A stretch of DNA of 64,000 nucleotides from Cytophagaceae bacterium (GCA_027488815.1 JAIYAX010000006.1:34185-98184); one strand, 5' to 3'; counted from the first letter of the stretch, positions 18,355 to 28,075 are shown. Made by a program: numbers and translations. The notes: generated by a model from the letters alone, not told the origin.

Positions 18355-20655
18355 ATGAAAAACGTTTACAAAAAGATCATTCTCTACCTATGGATTTTCA
18401 GTCTTGCCGGAATTCTATTCTTATCTGCCTTTTTATATTCTGTATCAGTCAACCTATGGAATCTATATGGTGGTATGCCAAGCCTTACCCGGCTTGAAAA
18501 CCCAAAAAGTGAGTTGGCAAGTGAACTTTATAGTGTAGATCAGGTCATTCTGGGAAAATACTTTAGAGAAAACAGAAGCCCTGTTGAGTTTGAGGACCTC
18601 AGCCCCAACCTGGTGAATGCCCTTATTGCAACTGAAGACATTCGATTTGAAAAGCATGCAGGGATAGATCTCAGGGCCTTGTTGAGAGTATTTACCGGAG
18701 TTGTCTCGGGTGGAGACAAGGGTGGAGGAAGCACTTTAACCCAACAGCTTGCAAAAAACCTGTTCGATACACGAGGGGAGCTCAACAACGGGAAACTAAG
18801 CAGGGTTCCGGGACTGAGGACACTTATTATCAAAACCAAAGAATGGTTATTGTCAATAAGGCTTGAACGCTCGTATACCAAACGGGAAATTCTCGCTATG
18901 TACCTCAATACTGTCAGTTTTGGCAGTAATGCAGCGGGCATAAAAGTAGCATCTAAAACTTTTTTCAATAAAGATCAGGATAGTCTCAAAATCGAAGAAG
19001 CCGCAGTGCTCGTAGGACTCTTAAAGGCGCCATCACAGTTTAGCCCTGTGTACCAACCTGAAAGCTCACTACTTAGGCGAAATGTGGTATTGAGACAAAT
19101 GTATCGTTATGACTTTTTAGACAAAACAGGCTTTGACAGCTTGAGTAAGTTACCAATAACATTGGACTATCGGGTTGAAAATCATAATGAAGGTATGGCA
19201 ACCTATTTTAGAAGCGTGATCAGAGATTACCTTCTAAAGTGGTGTGCTGACAGAGGTATTGACCTATTTGCTGATGGCCTAAAGATATATTCAACCCTTG
19301 ACTCAAGAATGCAGCAATATGCCGAAGAAACTATGGCTGAGCACATGAAGGATCAACAGGCTAAATTCTTTGAGCACTGGGGAGATAAAAACCCATGGGT
19401 TGACGATGAGTTTAAAGAGATTCCATTTTTTATTGAAAAAACCATTCGAAGGAGTGAGAAGTGGGAAGAACTGGCACAGATATATGGAGAAGATACAGTT
19501 GCGATTTATAAAGAACTTAATAAACCTGTTCCATCTCGACTGTTTTCATGGCAAGGAGAATTTGACACAACGATCAGCTTCCTGGAAGAATTCAAATACT
19601 ACAAGAAATTTTTACGAGCCGGTTTTATGGCCATGGACCCCTACACAGGTCATATCAAAGCATGGGTAGGTGGTATCAACCATAAATTCTTCAAGTTTGA
19701 TCAGGTGATGCAAGGGCGAAGGCAACCTGGATCTACCTTTAAACCATTCGTCTATACTGCCTTTATCGATAATGGATACAATCCATGTTACGAGGTAATT
19801 GATGCACCGGTAAGCTTTGAAGTTAGGTACAACAAAGAGACCAGTATCTGGATTCCTCAGAATAGCGATGGCGTGTTTAGCGGAGAAAAAATGACCATCA
19901 GGCAGGCGCTAGGCAGGTCTATAAATTCTGTTACTGCAGCTATCATGAAAAAAATGGGCCCTGAAACCGTTGTAGAATATGCCAAAAGAATGGGGATTAG
20001 CAGCCCTTTAGAGCCTGTTCCTGCACTTTGTCTGGGCTCAAGTGATGTTAGTCTTTACGAGCTCGTAGGGGCTTATTCCACATTTGTGAACGAGGGAATT
20101 TGGACTGAACCATTCTACATTACCCGAATTGAAGACAAGAATGGCAACATCTTACAAGAGTTTGTTCCTAACAAAGTTGAGGCTTTAAATGAAGAGACAG
20201 CCTACCTGATGATTCATATGTTAAAGGGAGCGACACAGGAGCGCAATGGTACAGCGTTAGGGCTTTACCGCTGGGGAGTACTTAATGGCAACGAGATTGC
20301 CGCCAAAACAGGAACAACTTCAAATTATTCTGATGGTTGGTTTATCGGCTTGACTAAAGACCTCGTTGCAGGTGCTTGGGTGGGAGGTGATGACCGCAGT
20401 ATCCATTTCAGAGGGATGACATTGGGTCAGGGTGCAAGAACCGCTATGCCACTCTGGGGCTTGTTTATGAAGAAAGTATATGACGACCCAAGCCTGGGTA
20501 TCAAAAAGGGGGTATTTAAAAGACCATTAAAACCCTTATCTGTCGAGCTTGATTGTAGAAAATACAAACAAGAAAACGATACTGACTCATTGGGACAATC
20601 TGATACCTATGTGGTTCCTCAAAACCACGATCTTGATTTAGATGGCGGAAACTGA
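18355..20655 (+). CDS. mrcA: Penicillin-binding protein 1A (bifunctional transglycosylase/transpeptidase)
   Basis: 766 aa. GT51 motifs EDIRFEKHAGID and GGSTLTQQ. Transpeptidase motifs STFKP (SxxK) and KTGTT. Confidence 0.9.
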   Translation: MKNVYKKIILYLWIFSLAGILFLSAFLYSVSVNLWNLYGGMPSLTRLENPKSELASELYSVDQVILGKYFRENRSPVEFEDLSPNLVNALIATEDIRFEKHAGIDLRALLRVFTGVVSGGDKGGGSTLTQQLAKNLFDTRGELNNGKLSRVPGLRTLIIKTKEWLLSIRLERSYTKREILAMYLNTVSFGSNAAGIKVASKTFFNKDQDSLKIEEAAVLVGLLKAPSQFSPVYQPESSLLRRNVVLRQMYRYDFLDKTGFDSLSKLPITLDYRVENHNEGMATYFRSVIRDYLLKWCADRGIDLFADGLKIYSTLDSRMQQYAEETMAEHMKDQQAKFFEHWGDKNPWVDDEFKEIPFFIEKTIRRSEKWEELAQIYGEDTVAIYKELNKPVPSRLFSWQGEFDTTISFLEEFKYYKKFLRAGFMAMDPYTGHIKAWVGGINHKFFKFDQVMQGRRQPGSTFKPFVYTAFIDNGYNPCYEVIDAPVSFEVRYNKETSIWIPQNSDGVFSGEKMTIRQALGRSINSVTAAIMKKMGPETVVEYAKRMGISSPLEPVPALCLGSSDVSLYELVGAYSTFVNEGIWTEPFYITRIEDKNGNILQEFVPNKVEALNEETAYLMIHMLKGATQERNGTALGLYRWGVLNGNEIAAKTGTTSNYSDGWFIGLTKDLVAGAWVGGDDRSIHFRGMTLGQGARTAMPLWGLFMKKVYDDPSLGIKKGVFKRPLKPLSVELDCRKYKQENDTDSLGQSDTYVVPQNHDLDLDGGN

Positions 20656-22465
20656 GTCAATAAATTTTCCCGAAACACCCTTAGAAGAGATCATCAGTAC
20701 CCTGCCATCAAAGCCAGGAGTTTATCGATTTTACAATAAAAACAAAGATCTGCTCTACGTCGGAAAGGCTAAAGACCTAAAGAAAAGGGTTTCCAGCTAT
20801 TTTGGGAACAAAGTAGCTAACCATAAGACCAAAGTTCTTGTCTCAAAAGTGCGCTACCTCATCTATACCATTGTTAGTTCTGAGCTCGATGCACTTTTGC
20901 TTGAAAATAACCTGATCAAAAATCAGCAACCGAGGTACAATATTCAATTGCGGGATGATAAGACCTTCCCCTATCTGGTACTAAGTCGTGAAACTTTTCC
21001 CCGTTTCTACAAAACCAGAAAAGTAAATCCTGAATGGGGAACATACTTTGGGCCGTATGCCAGTGTGACAGCGATGAATACCATGCTGGAATTTCTAAAT
21101 CACACCTTTAACATCAGAACCTGTCGACTTTCCCTTCAGGAACAAAGTATTCAAAAAGGAAAATTTAAAGTATGTCTTGAGTACCATTTAAAAAATTGCA
21201 TGGGCCCATGCGAGGGCTTTCAATCTGCTCTGGAATATTTAAAAGGAGTTGACACGGCAACAGAAATCTTAAAAGGCAATATTCAGCCGGTTAAGACTGC
21301 TTTGATTCAACAGATGAATGAAGCAGCAAAGGCACTTAAATACGAAGATGCTCAGTTACTAAAGCATAAACTTGAAAGACTTGAGCGTTTTCAGGCCAGA
21401 TCTGTTGTGGCAAAGCCTTCACTTGGTGAGTTATTGGTGTTTACAGTCCAGGATGATGAGACTTATGCCTATGTGAATTACCTGAAACTGAATAAAGGGA
21501 CTATTATTCATACCGAAAATCTAAGAGTTCAGAAAAAATTGGATGAAAGTGCCACTGAAGTTCTTGAAACGATCATTCCACAACTATTGGATGCTCGAAA
21601 GGAAAAAGCGATGGAAGTTCTCACAAATGCAGATCCAAAGCCTCATGTTCCAGGATTAAGCATGATCAAACCCAAAATAGGCGACAAGCAAAAGTTAATA
21701 GAGCTGTCACTTAAAAATCTGGTAAGCTTTAAAACAGAGTACCTGGAACCTAAAAAAGAAAAAAAGAAAAGTATCCCGGAGCCCATTCTCTCCCTTCAAA
21801 AAGGTCTCTACCTCAAGGTACCACCGCTTCATATTGAGTGTTTTGATAATTCAAATATTCAAGGAAGTTCGCCGGTTGCATCAATGGTTTGTTTCAAAAA
21901 TGGACTACCATCAAAAAAGGATTACCGCAAATTCAATATCAAAACAGTCGAGGGGCCTAATGACTTCGATAGCATGGAGGAGATTGTCTTTCGACGTTAC
22001 CAAAGAGTTTTGGAAGAAAAATTACCCCTTCCCGATTTAATTGTGATTGACGGTGGCAAAGGTCAATTAAATGCCGCCCGTAAAAGTCTCGAAAAACTTG
22101 GCCTTTATGGGAAAGTAGCTCTGGTAAGCATCGCTAAAAGATTAGAAGAAATCTATGTGCCTGACGATGAAATAGCCATTCACATGAGTAAGCGGTCTTC
22201 AGGGCTTAAGCTATTGCAGCAATTAAGAAATGAGGCACACAGGTTTGCCATTACATTTCATAGAGCCAAACGATCCAAAAATGTATTTGGACAAGAGATA
22301 AAAAGCATTTCTGGACTTGGGGAAGCAACAGTCAAAAAACTGTTTTTAGAATTTAAAACCTGGAACAAAATACTATCTGTTTCTGAAGAAGATCTCATAC
22401 ACATCATTGGGAAATCCAAAGCGTCATTGATTACCAATTACAAGGCAAAAAAAAAGGAGCCGTAG
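20642..22465 (+). CDS. uvrC: Excinuclease ABC subunit C
   Basis: 607 aa with a GIY-YIG N-terminus (GVYRFYN..LLYVGKA), a UVR-like segment, and C-terminal RNase H-like and HhH regions. It overlaps the PBP1A gene by 14 nt. Confidence 0.93.
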   Translation: MAETESINFPETPLEEIISTLPSKPGVYRFYNKNKDLLYVGKAKDLKKRVSSYFGNKVANHKTKVLVSKVRYLIYTIVSSELDALLLENNLIKNQQPRYNIQLRDDKTFPYLVLSRETFPRFYKTRKVNPEWGTYFGPYASVTAMNTMLEFLNHTFNIRTCRLSLQEQSIQKGKFKVCLEYHLKNCMGPCEGFQSALEYLKGVDTATEILKGNIQPVKTALIQQMNEAAKALKYEDAQLLKHKLERLERFQARSVVAKPSLGELLVFTVQDDETYAYVNYLKLNKGTIIHTENLRVQKKLDESATEVLETIIPQLLDARKEKAMEVLTNADPKPHVPGLSMIKPKIGDKQKLIELSLKNLVSFKTEYLEPKKEKKKSIPEPILSLQKGLYLKVPPLHIECFDNSNIQGSSPVASMVCFKNGLPSKKDYRKFNIKTVEGPNDFDSMEEIVFRRYQRVLEEKLPLPDLIVIDGGKGQLNAARKSLEKLGLYGKVALVSIAKRLEEIYVPDDEIAIHMSKRSSGLKLLQQLRNEAHRFAITFHRAKRSKNVFGQEIKSISGLGEATVKKLFLEFKTWNKILSVSEEDLIHIIGKSKASLITNYKAKKKEP

Positions 22466-22472
22466 CTCCTTT
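22447..22472 (-). terminator. Rho-independent terminator of the gld operon, embedded in the uvrC 3' end
   Basis: Stem aaggagc (22454-22460) / gctcctt (22465-22471) with a 4-nt loop. On the minus strand the hairpin is followed by a T9 run (A9 at 22447-22455 on the plus strand). Confidence 0.6.
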
Positions 22473-22489
22473 CAAATAAGTTTGAGATT

Positions 22490-23335
22490 CTAATACTCCC
22501 AAAGATTGTGCTCGTACTCCATGAGTTCAGCCTCTTTCCAATAAGTAGCAAGAATTCCAGTCTTATCGGCACCGTAGATATCTTGAATTTGCTTATTGTC
22601 GGGATTACTCACCTTATAGATCTTTGATCCAAATAACCTTAATTCAAAAGCGTCCGTCAATGAACGATGCTCAGCAGAATTTTGCGCATTGTACCAAATA
22701 GCTGTCTTATCTTTTGAAAACACATTGGCCACTAATTCTTTATAGGATACCCAGCACACTGGACGATCAACACCTCCTGCAGCCATCATTAAAGGATTAT
22801 CGCCTGGAATAATAAGACCAACAGCTTGGATATCAAAATACATTCTTGAGCGCTGCTTGTCAAAGATCAAGTCTTCTCTAAGGTCCATCAAAACGATATC
22901 TTTTGCAAAAAACTCGTTCGATGAGGCTGTCTCTTGAGTAGTGTCCGGAGCATCCCCAAAGCCTCCGAAATCTTCTGATCCCCCCCCTTCGTCTCCACCT
23001 CCTCCGGTATTTGGCAGCTGCAACTTCTCAGTAAACTCTTCAATTGATATTCGAGTCATCAAAGAATCATTTAAATAAGGCTTTACATCTCCACGCTTTA
23101 CTGCATCGATAATAATCTTGGAGATTTGATTTTGATCTGAAAAGAAACCCTTGTTCTGCTTTTCTCTTAAATCAATCCTTCTCCAGACACCTTTTTTAAA
23201 CATGATATCGGAAGGATGAACTGGGCGCAAAGAATTTTCATTTACCCCTTCCTGCGGAGGATTATAACTTTGCGCATTCAGTCCAAGCGAAAGACCGAAT
23301 AATAAAACAACAAAAGCAGAGAATAGAGCCTTCAT
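22490..23335 (-). CDS. gldN: Gliding motility/T9SS protein GldN (PorN)
   Basis: 281 aa with a signal peptide. It is the last gene of the gldKLMN string. It contains a Gly/Asp-rich insert (residues about 110-139). Confidence 0.85.
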   Translation of the reverse strand: MKALFSAFVVLLFGLSLGLNAQSYNPPQEGVNENSLRPVHPSDIMFKKGVWRRIDLREKQNKGFFSDQNQISKIIIDAVKRGDVKPYLNDSLMTRISIEEFTEKLQLPNTGGGGDEGGGSEDFGGFGDAPDTTQETASSNEFFAKDIVLMDLREDLIFDKQRSRMYFDIQAVGLIIPGDNPLMMAAGGVDRPVCWVSYKELVANVFSKDKTAIWYNAQNSAEHRSLTDAFELRLFGSKIYKVSNPDNKQIQDIYGADKTGILATYWKEAELMEYEHNLWEY

Positions 23336-23339
23336 AATA

Positions 23340-24944
23340 TTAGTTCAAAGAGATGATTTTGATAGTATTTGCCATACCCGGAACTTCTTCAACCTGATCT
23401 CTGAAGTTCTTGCGCTTTACAGATTTAATGTCGATGATAATTCTGTCATTCGCAGAAGCTTGAGAAGCGAATTCAACTAGATCTACTTGCTGATTAGTGG
23501 CATTCTTTGTAGCAATTACCCTTCTTCCTCTAGCAAGAGTTACAACATAAGCCGTAACCTGATATCTAGCGTCATCAGGAAGGAAGGTCTTGAAACCTTC
23601 ATCAGGTTTTGCAACCATGGTAATTGATCGTGGTCCTGGAGCAGGCATACCAGCTTTTTCGTCGACAGGCTTTCCATTAGCAAGAGCAACAATTTCTGGC
23701 TTCGGGATTGGTCTTACTTTAAACATTTGGTCTCCTATCAAATTTCCATCGCTGGAAACGACAAGTTTTACCTGCTGTCCATTCGGAACAATTGTTACCT
23801 CACCTTTCTTTCCGGAAGTTAAGAAATCAGCTCCTGTTCCGGTAAACTTCGGATTGTAAGTAGCTCCAAGTGCAGGCACCATAACGTTTAGTTTATTTCC
23901 GCAATTGAAATAAAGCGCAGAAACTGAAGCGGATTGAATTTGAATTACAGGTCGTGCAACAATATACTCCTCCTCAATATTCAAAGTAGTATCTCCACCA
24001 GTTGGCTTAGGAATGGTAATTTGACCTTTCCATTTGGTTTTGAAGTTACCTTCTGCATCGTAGTTACCACCTTGAGCTGTAAATTCTACAATACCAATAC
24101 CATTTTTAACATCTAATTTTTTACCACCGTAACTCATCGTAGGTATCATCTTAGAGTCTCTGGCACCTACGAACATTTCAGCTTTATACTTTGTACCCGC
24201 TGCAACAATTCGTGATTCAGGCTTTACCATTGGAAGTACTACGTCAAATTTAAAATCTGCAGCACCTACTTTCGCCTTGAGGTCACCCATCAAAGAAGCT
24301 TCGATATTGGTTACTTTAGATTGAAGCTCACTAAGCACGGCAAGGGCAGCTACCATTGGAGTAGATTCGAAATTCAACTTTGCGAAGTCTTTATTCTTTT
24401 GCTCCGGATTATCTTTGAACAAAGGGTCTTCTTTTCCATCCATGGCTAACTTTCCAAACTTCTTGTCAGGCATGATCTTGGTCATATTGCTGGCGTAGTC
24501 ATTAAGCATCTTTTGAAGCTTATAAGCCTCTCCGTTCTTTGTCTCACCTGCCCCTACCATGTAAACAGCAACAGCATCCTCTTCTTTAGCACCCTTGAAA
24601 GACTTACCGTCCTCTTCACGACCACCTGACTTAGCGATAAGATCATCCTTAAGTTTCGCCATGAAGCTGATCAATGCATCGGACTCTTTGCGTACTGTTT
24701 CAGCTTGCTTAACTACTTCAAGTTCTATAGGCTTATTTCCTCTTTCAACAACAGCCTTTTTAATGTTGTCGACAGTAGTCTTATTTCGAACTACACTTTC
24801 TTTAACAGCATACTCGATACTTTCGTTAAGAATAACGAACTTATCAATGATCGCAGAACTTACCTGAAGTGCCAGCAGCGCTGTTAGCACCAGGTACATC
24901 ATACCGATCATTTTTTGCCTAGGGGTCTCTTTTCCACCAGCCAT
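23340..24944 (-). CDS. gldM: Gliding motility/T9SS protein GldM (PorM)
   Basis: 534 aa with the hallmark N-terminus ETPRQKMIGMMYLVLTALLALQVS (single TM). It sits between gldL and gldN. Confidence 0.93.
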   Translation of the reverse strand: MAGGKETPRQKMIGMMYLVLTALLALQVSSAIIDKFVILNESIEYAVKESVVRNKTTVDNIKKAVVERGNKPIELEVVKQAETVRKESDALISFMAKLKDDLIAKSGGREEDGKSFKGAKEEDAVAVYMVGAGETKNGEAYKLQKMLNDYASNMTKIMPDKKFGKLAMDGKEDPLFKDNPEQKNKDFAKLNFESTPMVAALAVLSELQSKVTNIEASLMGDLKAKVGAADFKFDVVLPMVKPESRIVAAGTKYKAEMFVGARDSKMIPTMSYGGKKLDVKNGIGIVEFTAQGGNYDAEGNFKTKWKGQITIPKPTGGDTTLNIEEEYIVARPVIQIQSASVSALYFNCGNKLNVMVPALGATYNPKFTGTGADFLTSGKKGEVTIVPNGQQVKLVVSSDGNLIGDQMFKVRPIPKPEIVALANGKPVDEKAGMPAPGPRSITMVAKPDEGFKTFLPDDARYQVTAYVVTLARGRRVIATKNATNQQVDLVEFASQASANDRIIIDIKSVKRKNFRDQVEEVPGMANTIKIISLN

Positions 24945-24993
24945 ATGAATGGACTATCTTGAGGGTTTAGAAAAATATCTTTGTTAGTCAGAA

Positions 24994-25797
24994 TTAGGCC
25001 TTCATAGCTGAAAGCATGTTACCATAAACAGTGTTCAAATTGTTCAGGTTCTTTGCAAGCTTCAGTAATTCTTCCTTAAACTGTTCAGAGTCTTTTGTTG
25101 CCTCTGTCATGTTGTCCATAGCGGCCGACAGGTTACCATAGAATTTATTCATGGCCTTGAGGTGACTGTTGGCATCCTGAAGCTCCATTTCGTAAACAGC
25201 ATTCAAAGCACCCAAATTCTTGGTAATGTTCTGAACCTGACTATGATATTCTTTTGCATCGATGCTTGCAGAAGCCATAGATGACATAGCATCTACAGTA
25301 TCACCATAAGCTTTATTCATTTGCACAAGTGACTGAGAAGCCTGCTTTACGTTAGAAGCATACTCCTGAGTTGCAATAGTAGCATCTCCAACAGAAGACA
25401 TGCCTTCAACAGTAGTGGTCAACTTTGTCAAACCGGATCCAAGCTTATTGATAGCTTCTTCTCCAATACCCGCATTGGACATCATATCATCCAACTTTTT
25501 GGTAAGGTTGAAAGAAGTCGGCACTTCATCTTCATCTTCCTCATCCATGTAATCATCTTTCAACTGAGGGTACACTTTTGACCAATCAGGATCGTGAGGT
25601 ACAGGCTGGAATGCACTAAACATAAAGATAAGTGCTTCAGTTGAAAGCCCGACTACGAGCATAGGACCAGCTCCAGGCCAGTGCATGATCTTAAACATAG
25701 CACCAACGATTACGATAGCTGCACCGAAGCCGTAAATCATGGGCATGATTTTATTGAAAAAGACGTCTTTAAATGATCCTTTTTGTTCGCTGCTCAT
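24994..25797 (-). CDS. gldL: Gliding motility/T9SS protein GldL (PorL)
   Basis: 267 aa with two N-terminal TM helices and the C-terminal repeats LNAVYEMEL, NKFYGNL and LNTVYGNMLSAM typical of GldL. Confidence 0.93.
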   Translation of the reverse strand: MSSEQKGSFKDVFFNKIMPMIYGFGAAIVIVGAMFKIMHWPGAGPMLVVGLSTEALIFMFSAFQPVPHDPDWSKVYPQLKDDYMDEEDEDEVPTSFNLTKKLDDMMSNAGIGEEAINKLGSGLTKLTTTVEGMSSVGDATIATQEYASNVKQASQSLVQMNKAYGDTVDAMSSMASASIDAKEYHSQVQNITKNLGALNAVYEMELQDANSHLKAMNKFYGNLSAAMDNMTEATKDSEQFKEELLKLAKNLNNLNTVYGNMLSAMKA

Positions 25798-25852
25798 TTT
25801 GTTTGAAATTTAAGATTAGATGAAGTTTTCGGTGAAAGGTAAACAATTAAGG

Positions 25853-26881
25853 TTAAAATTCTTGTCCTGAGGATCTTCCCAGATAAGTCATTACACAACG
25901 GAAGCCAACATATGATTTCGCCGTGTCCTGATATTCATAAGTTCTTGTTCCTGTTTCGAGGTAGTAGGCTATATCTTTCCAGCTTCCTCCTCTGATGATT
26001 TTTCTTGCTTCAGCATCTTCGTTAAAGGTCGGGTTAAGATCCCACACCACTGGATTTGCTGCTGCATAATAAGCGTCTTCGCACCATTCTGATACGTTTC
26101 CTGACATATCATATAAACCATAGTCATTTGAGAAGTAAGAGCCTGCAGGTGCAGTATACATGAAACCATCATCGTAATAGTTTCCTCTTCCAGGCTTTAA
26201 GTTGGCAAGAACGCAACCCTTTGAATTTCGTAAATATGGATTTCCCCAAGGATACTTTGACATATCACGACCACCTCTTGAAGCATACTCCCACTCAGCT
26301 TCAGAAGGCAACCTGAAGTTTGGCATATACCAAAGTCCGTTTTCAACTCTCCAGCGATTTAGTCTTTTTGTTCTCCACTCGCAGAAATAGCGTGCAGCAA
26401 ACCAATCCACTCCAACAACCGGATAGTCATCAAATGCAGGGTGTGCATAGTAATACTCCATCATGGGATCTCCCATATGATGAGTAAAATCATTCATCCA
26501 GACTGTAGTATCAGGATACAACTCAGTCATAATGTATTCAAAACCTATGACCTCGACTGAGTCGATAAGCATTTCATTGGTGAACTGACGATATTCGTTA
26601 TTGGTAATTTCGGTTTCATCCATGTAGAAACCTCCAATAGTTATTTGCTTGTTAAGGTTGATTTGTGAAGCAGGGACATCCTGATCTGCTTGACCCATAT
26701 GGAAAGTTCCGGATGGAACTACAATCATTCCATAAGGAACTGTCTGGAACCAACCTTCACGGTCGGGTACACCTGTGAGTTCCCCGTCAAGATTTGCTTT
26801 GCCAAGGCCACATGCCTGCAACAGCAAAACAACAAACGGAAGGTAAAGCAACGCTTTTGACCTGATACTTTTCAAATTCAT
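25853..26881 (-). CDS. gldK: Gliding motility/T9SS lipoprotein GldK (PorK), SUMF1/FGE-like fold
   Basis: FGE-sulfatase-like domain (WEYASRGG, RGGSWKD). The ORF track starts at 26968. I prefer Met30 (ATG at 26881), which gives a proper lipoprotein signal MNLKSIRSKALLYLPFVVLLLQAC. Confidence 0.92.
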   Translation of the reverse strand: MNLKSIRSKALLYLPFVVLLLQACGLGKANLDGELTGVPDREGWFQTVPYGMIVVPSGTFHMGQADQDVPASQINLNKQITIGGFYMDETEITNNEYRQFTNEMLIDSVEVIGFEYIMTELYPDTTVWMNDFTHHMGDPMMEYYYAHPAFDDYPVVGVDWFAARYFCEWRTKRLNRWRVENGLWYMPNFRLPSEAEWEYASRGGRDMSKYPWGNPYLRNSKGCVLANLKPGRGNYYDDGFMYTAPAGSYFSNDYGLYDMSGNVSEWCEDAYYAAANPVVWDLNPTFNEDAEARKIIRGGSWKDIAYYLETGTRTYEYQDTAKSYVGFRCVMTYLGRSSGQEF

Positions 26882-26982
26882 AACACCTGTTAAGTTGGAA
26901 GAAGCGAATGGGTAGTTGCAAACAATCAGTTGGATAAGTCTGATGCTGGTTTTGGTTAACGTTTTCAAATGCTTCTTCGGCT

Positions 26983-27012
26983 CAAAATTAGAACTTTTTT
27001 ATTACTTCCAAA
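26983..27012 (-). promoter_or_regulatory. Candidate Bacteroidota promoter (TTTG-N18-TAATTTTG) between porP and gldK
   Basis: On the minus strand, TTTG lies at 27012-27009, followed by an 18-nt spacer and an exact TAnnTTTG at 26990-26983. The element begins 11 nt after the porP/sprF stop and ends about 100 nt upstream of the preferred gldK ATG. Confidence 0.45.
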
Positions 27013-27022
27013 TAAATCCTGA

Positions 27023-28012
27023 TCAATGCCTGAAACGGGGTGTTCTGATAATAGGTTTCGAACCGGGGGCTGTGATAGGCAAATTGTAATGTAAAAGAAT
27101 TTCATGAGAGGTTGGCGCCTTACCTTGAGCGTTAAACGCAACATAGTCAAAGCTATAAGTCAGCCTCAATGAATTATCCTTTAAAAGGGAAAGACCAACA
27201 AGGGCGATGACTGCATCTCCCTGTCTGAATGAAAGTCCTCCAAAATATTTTTCCTTGTAGATCGCAATTGCACTTGCTTCAAACGAACTGCGGGTAGAAG
27301 TTGGGCCTTGAACGGTCTTAAAAATAGCTGATGGCATGATCGTGAGGTCAGGAGTTGCCTCGATAAAATATCCGGCAGTCAAAACCAGATGTTGTGACAA
27401 GGTGCTGGTAGGTCTGCGTAAGGAGTCAGGGATACTGTTTCCGAAATCGAATGATGAGCCTAGCAAGTTGAATGAACTTACCCCTACGTAGTATTTTTTG
27501 GTGCGGTACCAAAGACCAACTCCTAGTTCAGGTTTTAGTCCGCTTTCTGTTCCGAGAGATAAAGCCGGGTCGTTTGCATCTACCCCACGAAGAATCCCAA
27601 ATTCTATTCGTTGAGAGTAGATTCCTGCTCTAACACCAATACCAAGCTTACCAGGACCTACAGGAAGATGATAAGAATAATTACCATGTATTTGCAGGTT
27701 TCTCTGTGCGCCCAGCCTGTCATTAACAATATGCAGGCCAACACCGCTATTTGCCTTATATAAAGGTGTATTGAATGCAATGACTTGTGAATTTGGTGCT
27801 CCACCATCATCAAATGAAGCACTATAATTCAACCATTGCCAACGACTTACAACTTGTGCAGTGGCTTGGCCTTCAATGCCTGCAAATGCCGGATTGAGGT
27901 ACATGCTGTTGAACATGTACTGGCTGAATTGAGGTTCTTGTTGACCAAAAGCAGGTGATAACGCCCAGAAAAATGAGGCAGCAAAAACTAGGTAAACGAG
28001 TGGTCTTTTCAT
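27023..28012 (-). CDS. Type IX secretion system membrane protein, PorP/SprF family
   Basis: 329 aa with a signal peptide followed by the family signature QQEPQFSQYMFNSMYLNPAFAG. The rest has beta-barrel-like composition. It lies directly upstream of gldK. Confidence 0.9.
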   Translation of the reverse strand: MKRPLVYLVFAASFFWALSPAFGQQEPQFSQYMFNSMYLNPAFAGIEGQATAQVVSRWQWLNYSASFDDGGAPNSQVIAFNTPLYKANSGVGLHIVNDRLGAQRNLQIHGNYSYHLPVGPGKLGIGVRAGIYSQRIEFGILRGVDANDPALSLGTESGLKPELGVGLWYRTKKYYVGVSSFNLLGSSFDFGNSIPDSLRRPTSTLSQHLVLTAGYFIEATPDLTIMPSAIFKTVQGPTSTRSSFEASAIAIYKEKYFGGLSFRQGDAVIALVGLSLLKDNSLRLTYSFDYVAFNAQGKAPTSHEILLHYNLPITAPGSKPIIRTPRFRH

Positions 28013-28045
28013 GCGACAGGTACTACTTGTATAAAAATCGAATGG

Positions 28046-28075
28046 CTAAATTAGGGCAAATTTCATTAATACAAA
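28046..28075 (-). promoter_or_regulatory. Candidate promoter (TTTG-N18-TAATTTAG) upstream of porP/sprF
   Basis: On the minus strand, TTTG lies at 28075-28072, followed by an 18-nt spacer and TAatTTaG (7/8) at 28053-28046, 34 nt before the ATG at 28012. A second exact TAATTTTG lies at 28139-28132 and overlaps the hemD stop. Confidence 0.35.

Noticed and set aside
26882-26968. N-terminal extensions of ORF-track models (gldK 26882-26968, BamA-like 32815-32967, Wzy-like 56087-56188, bactofilin 14722-14784, FkbM 58009-58038)
   Set aside because: Internal Met codons give proper signal or lipoprotein peptides or remove long overlaps with neighbouring genes. The extensions have no conserved-looking sequence.
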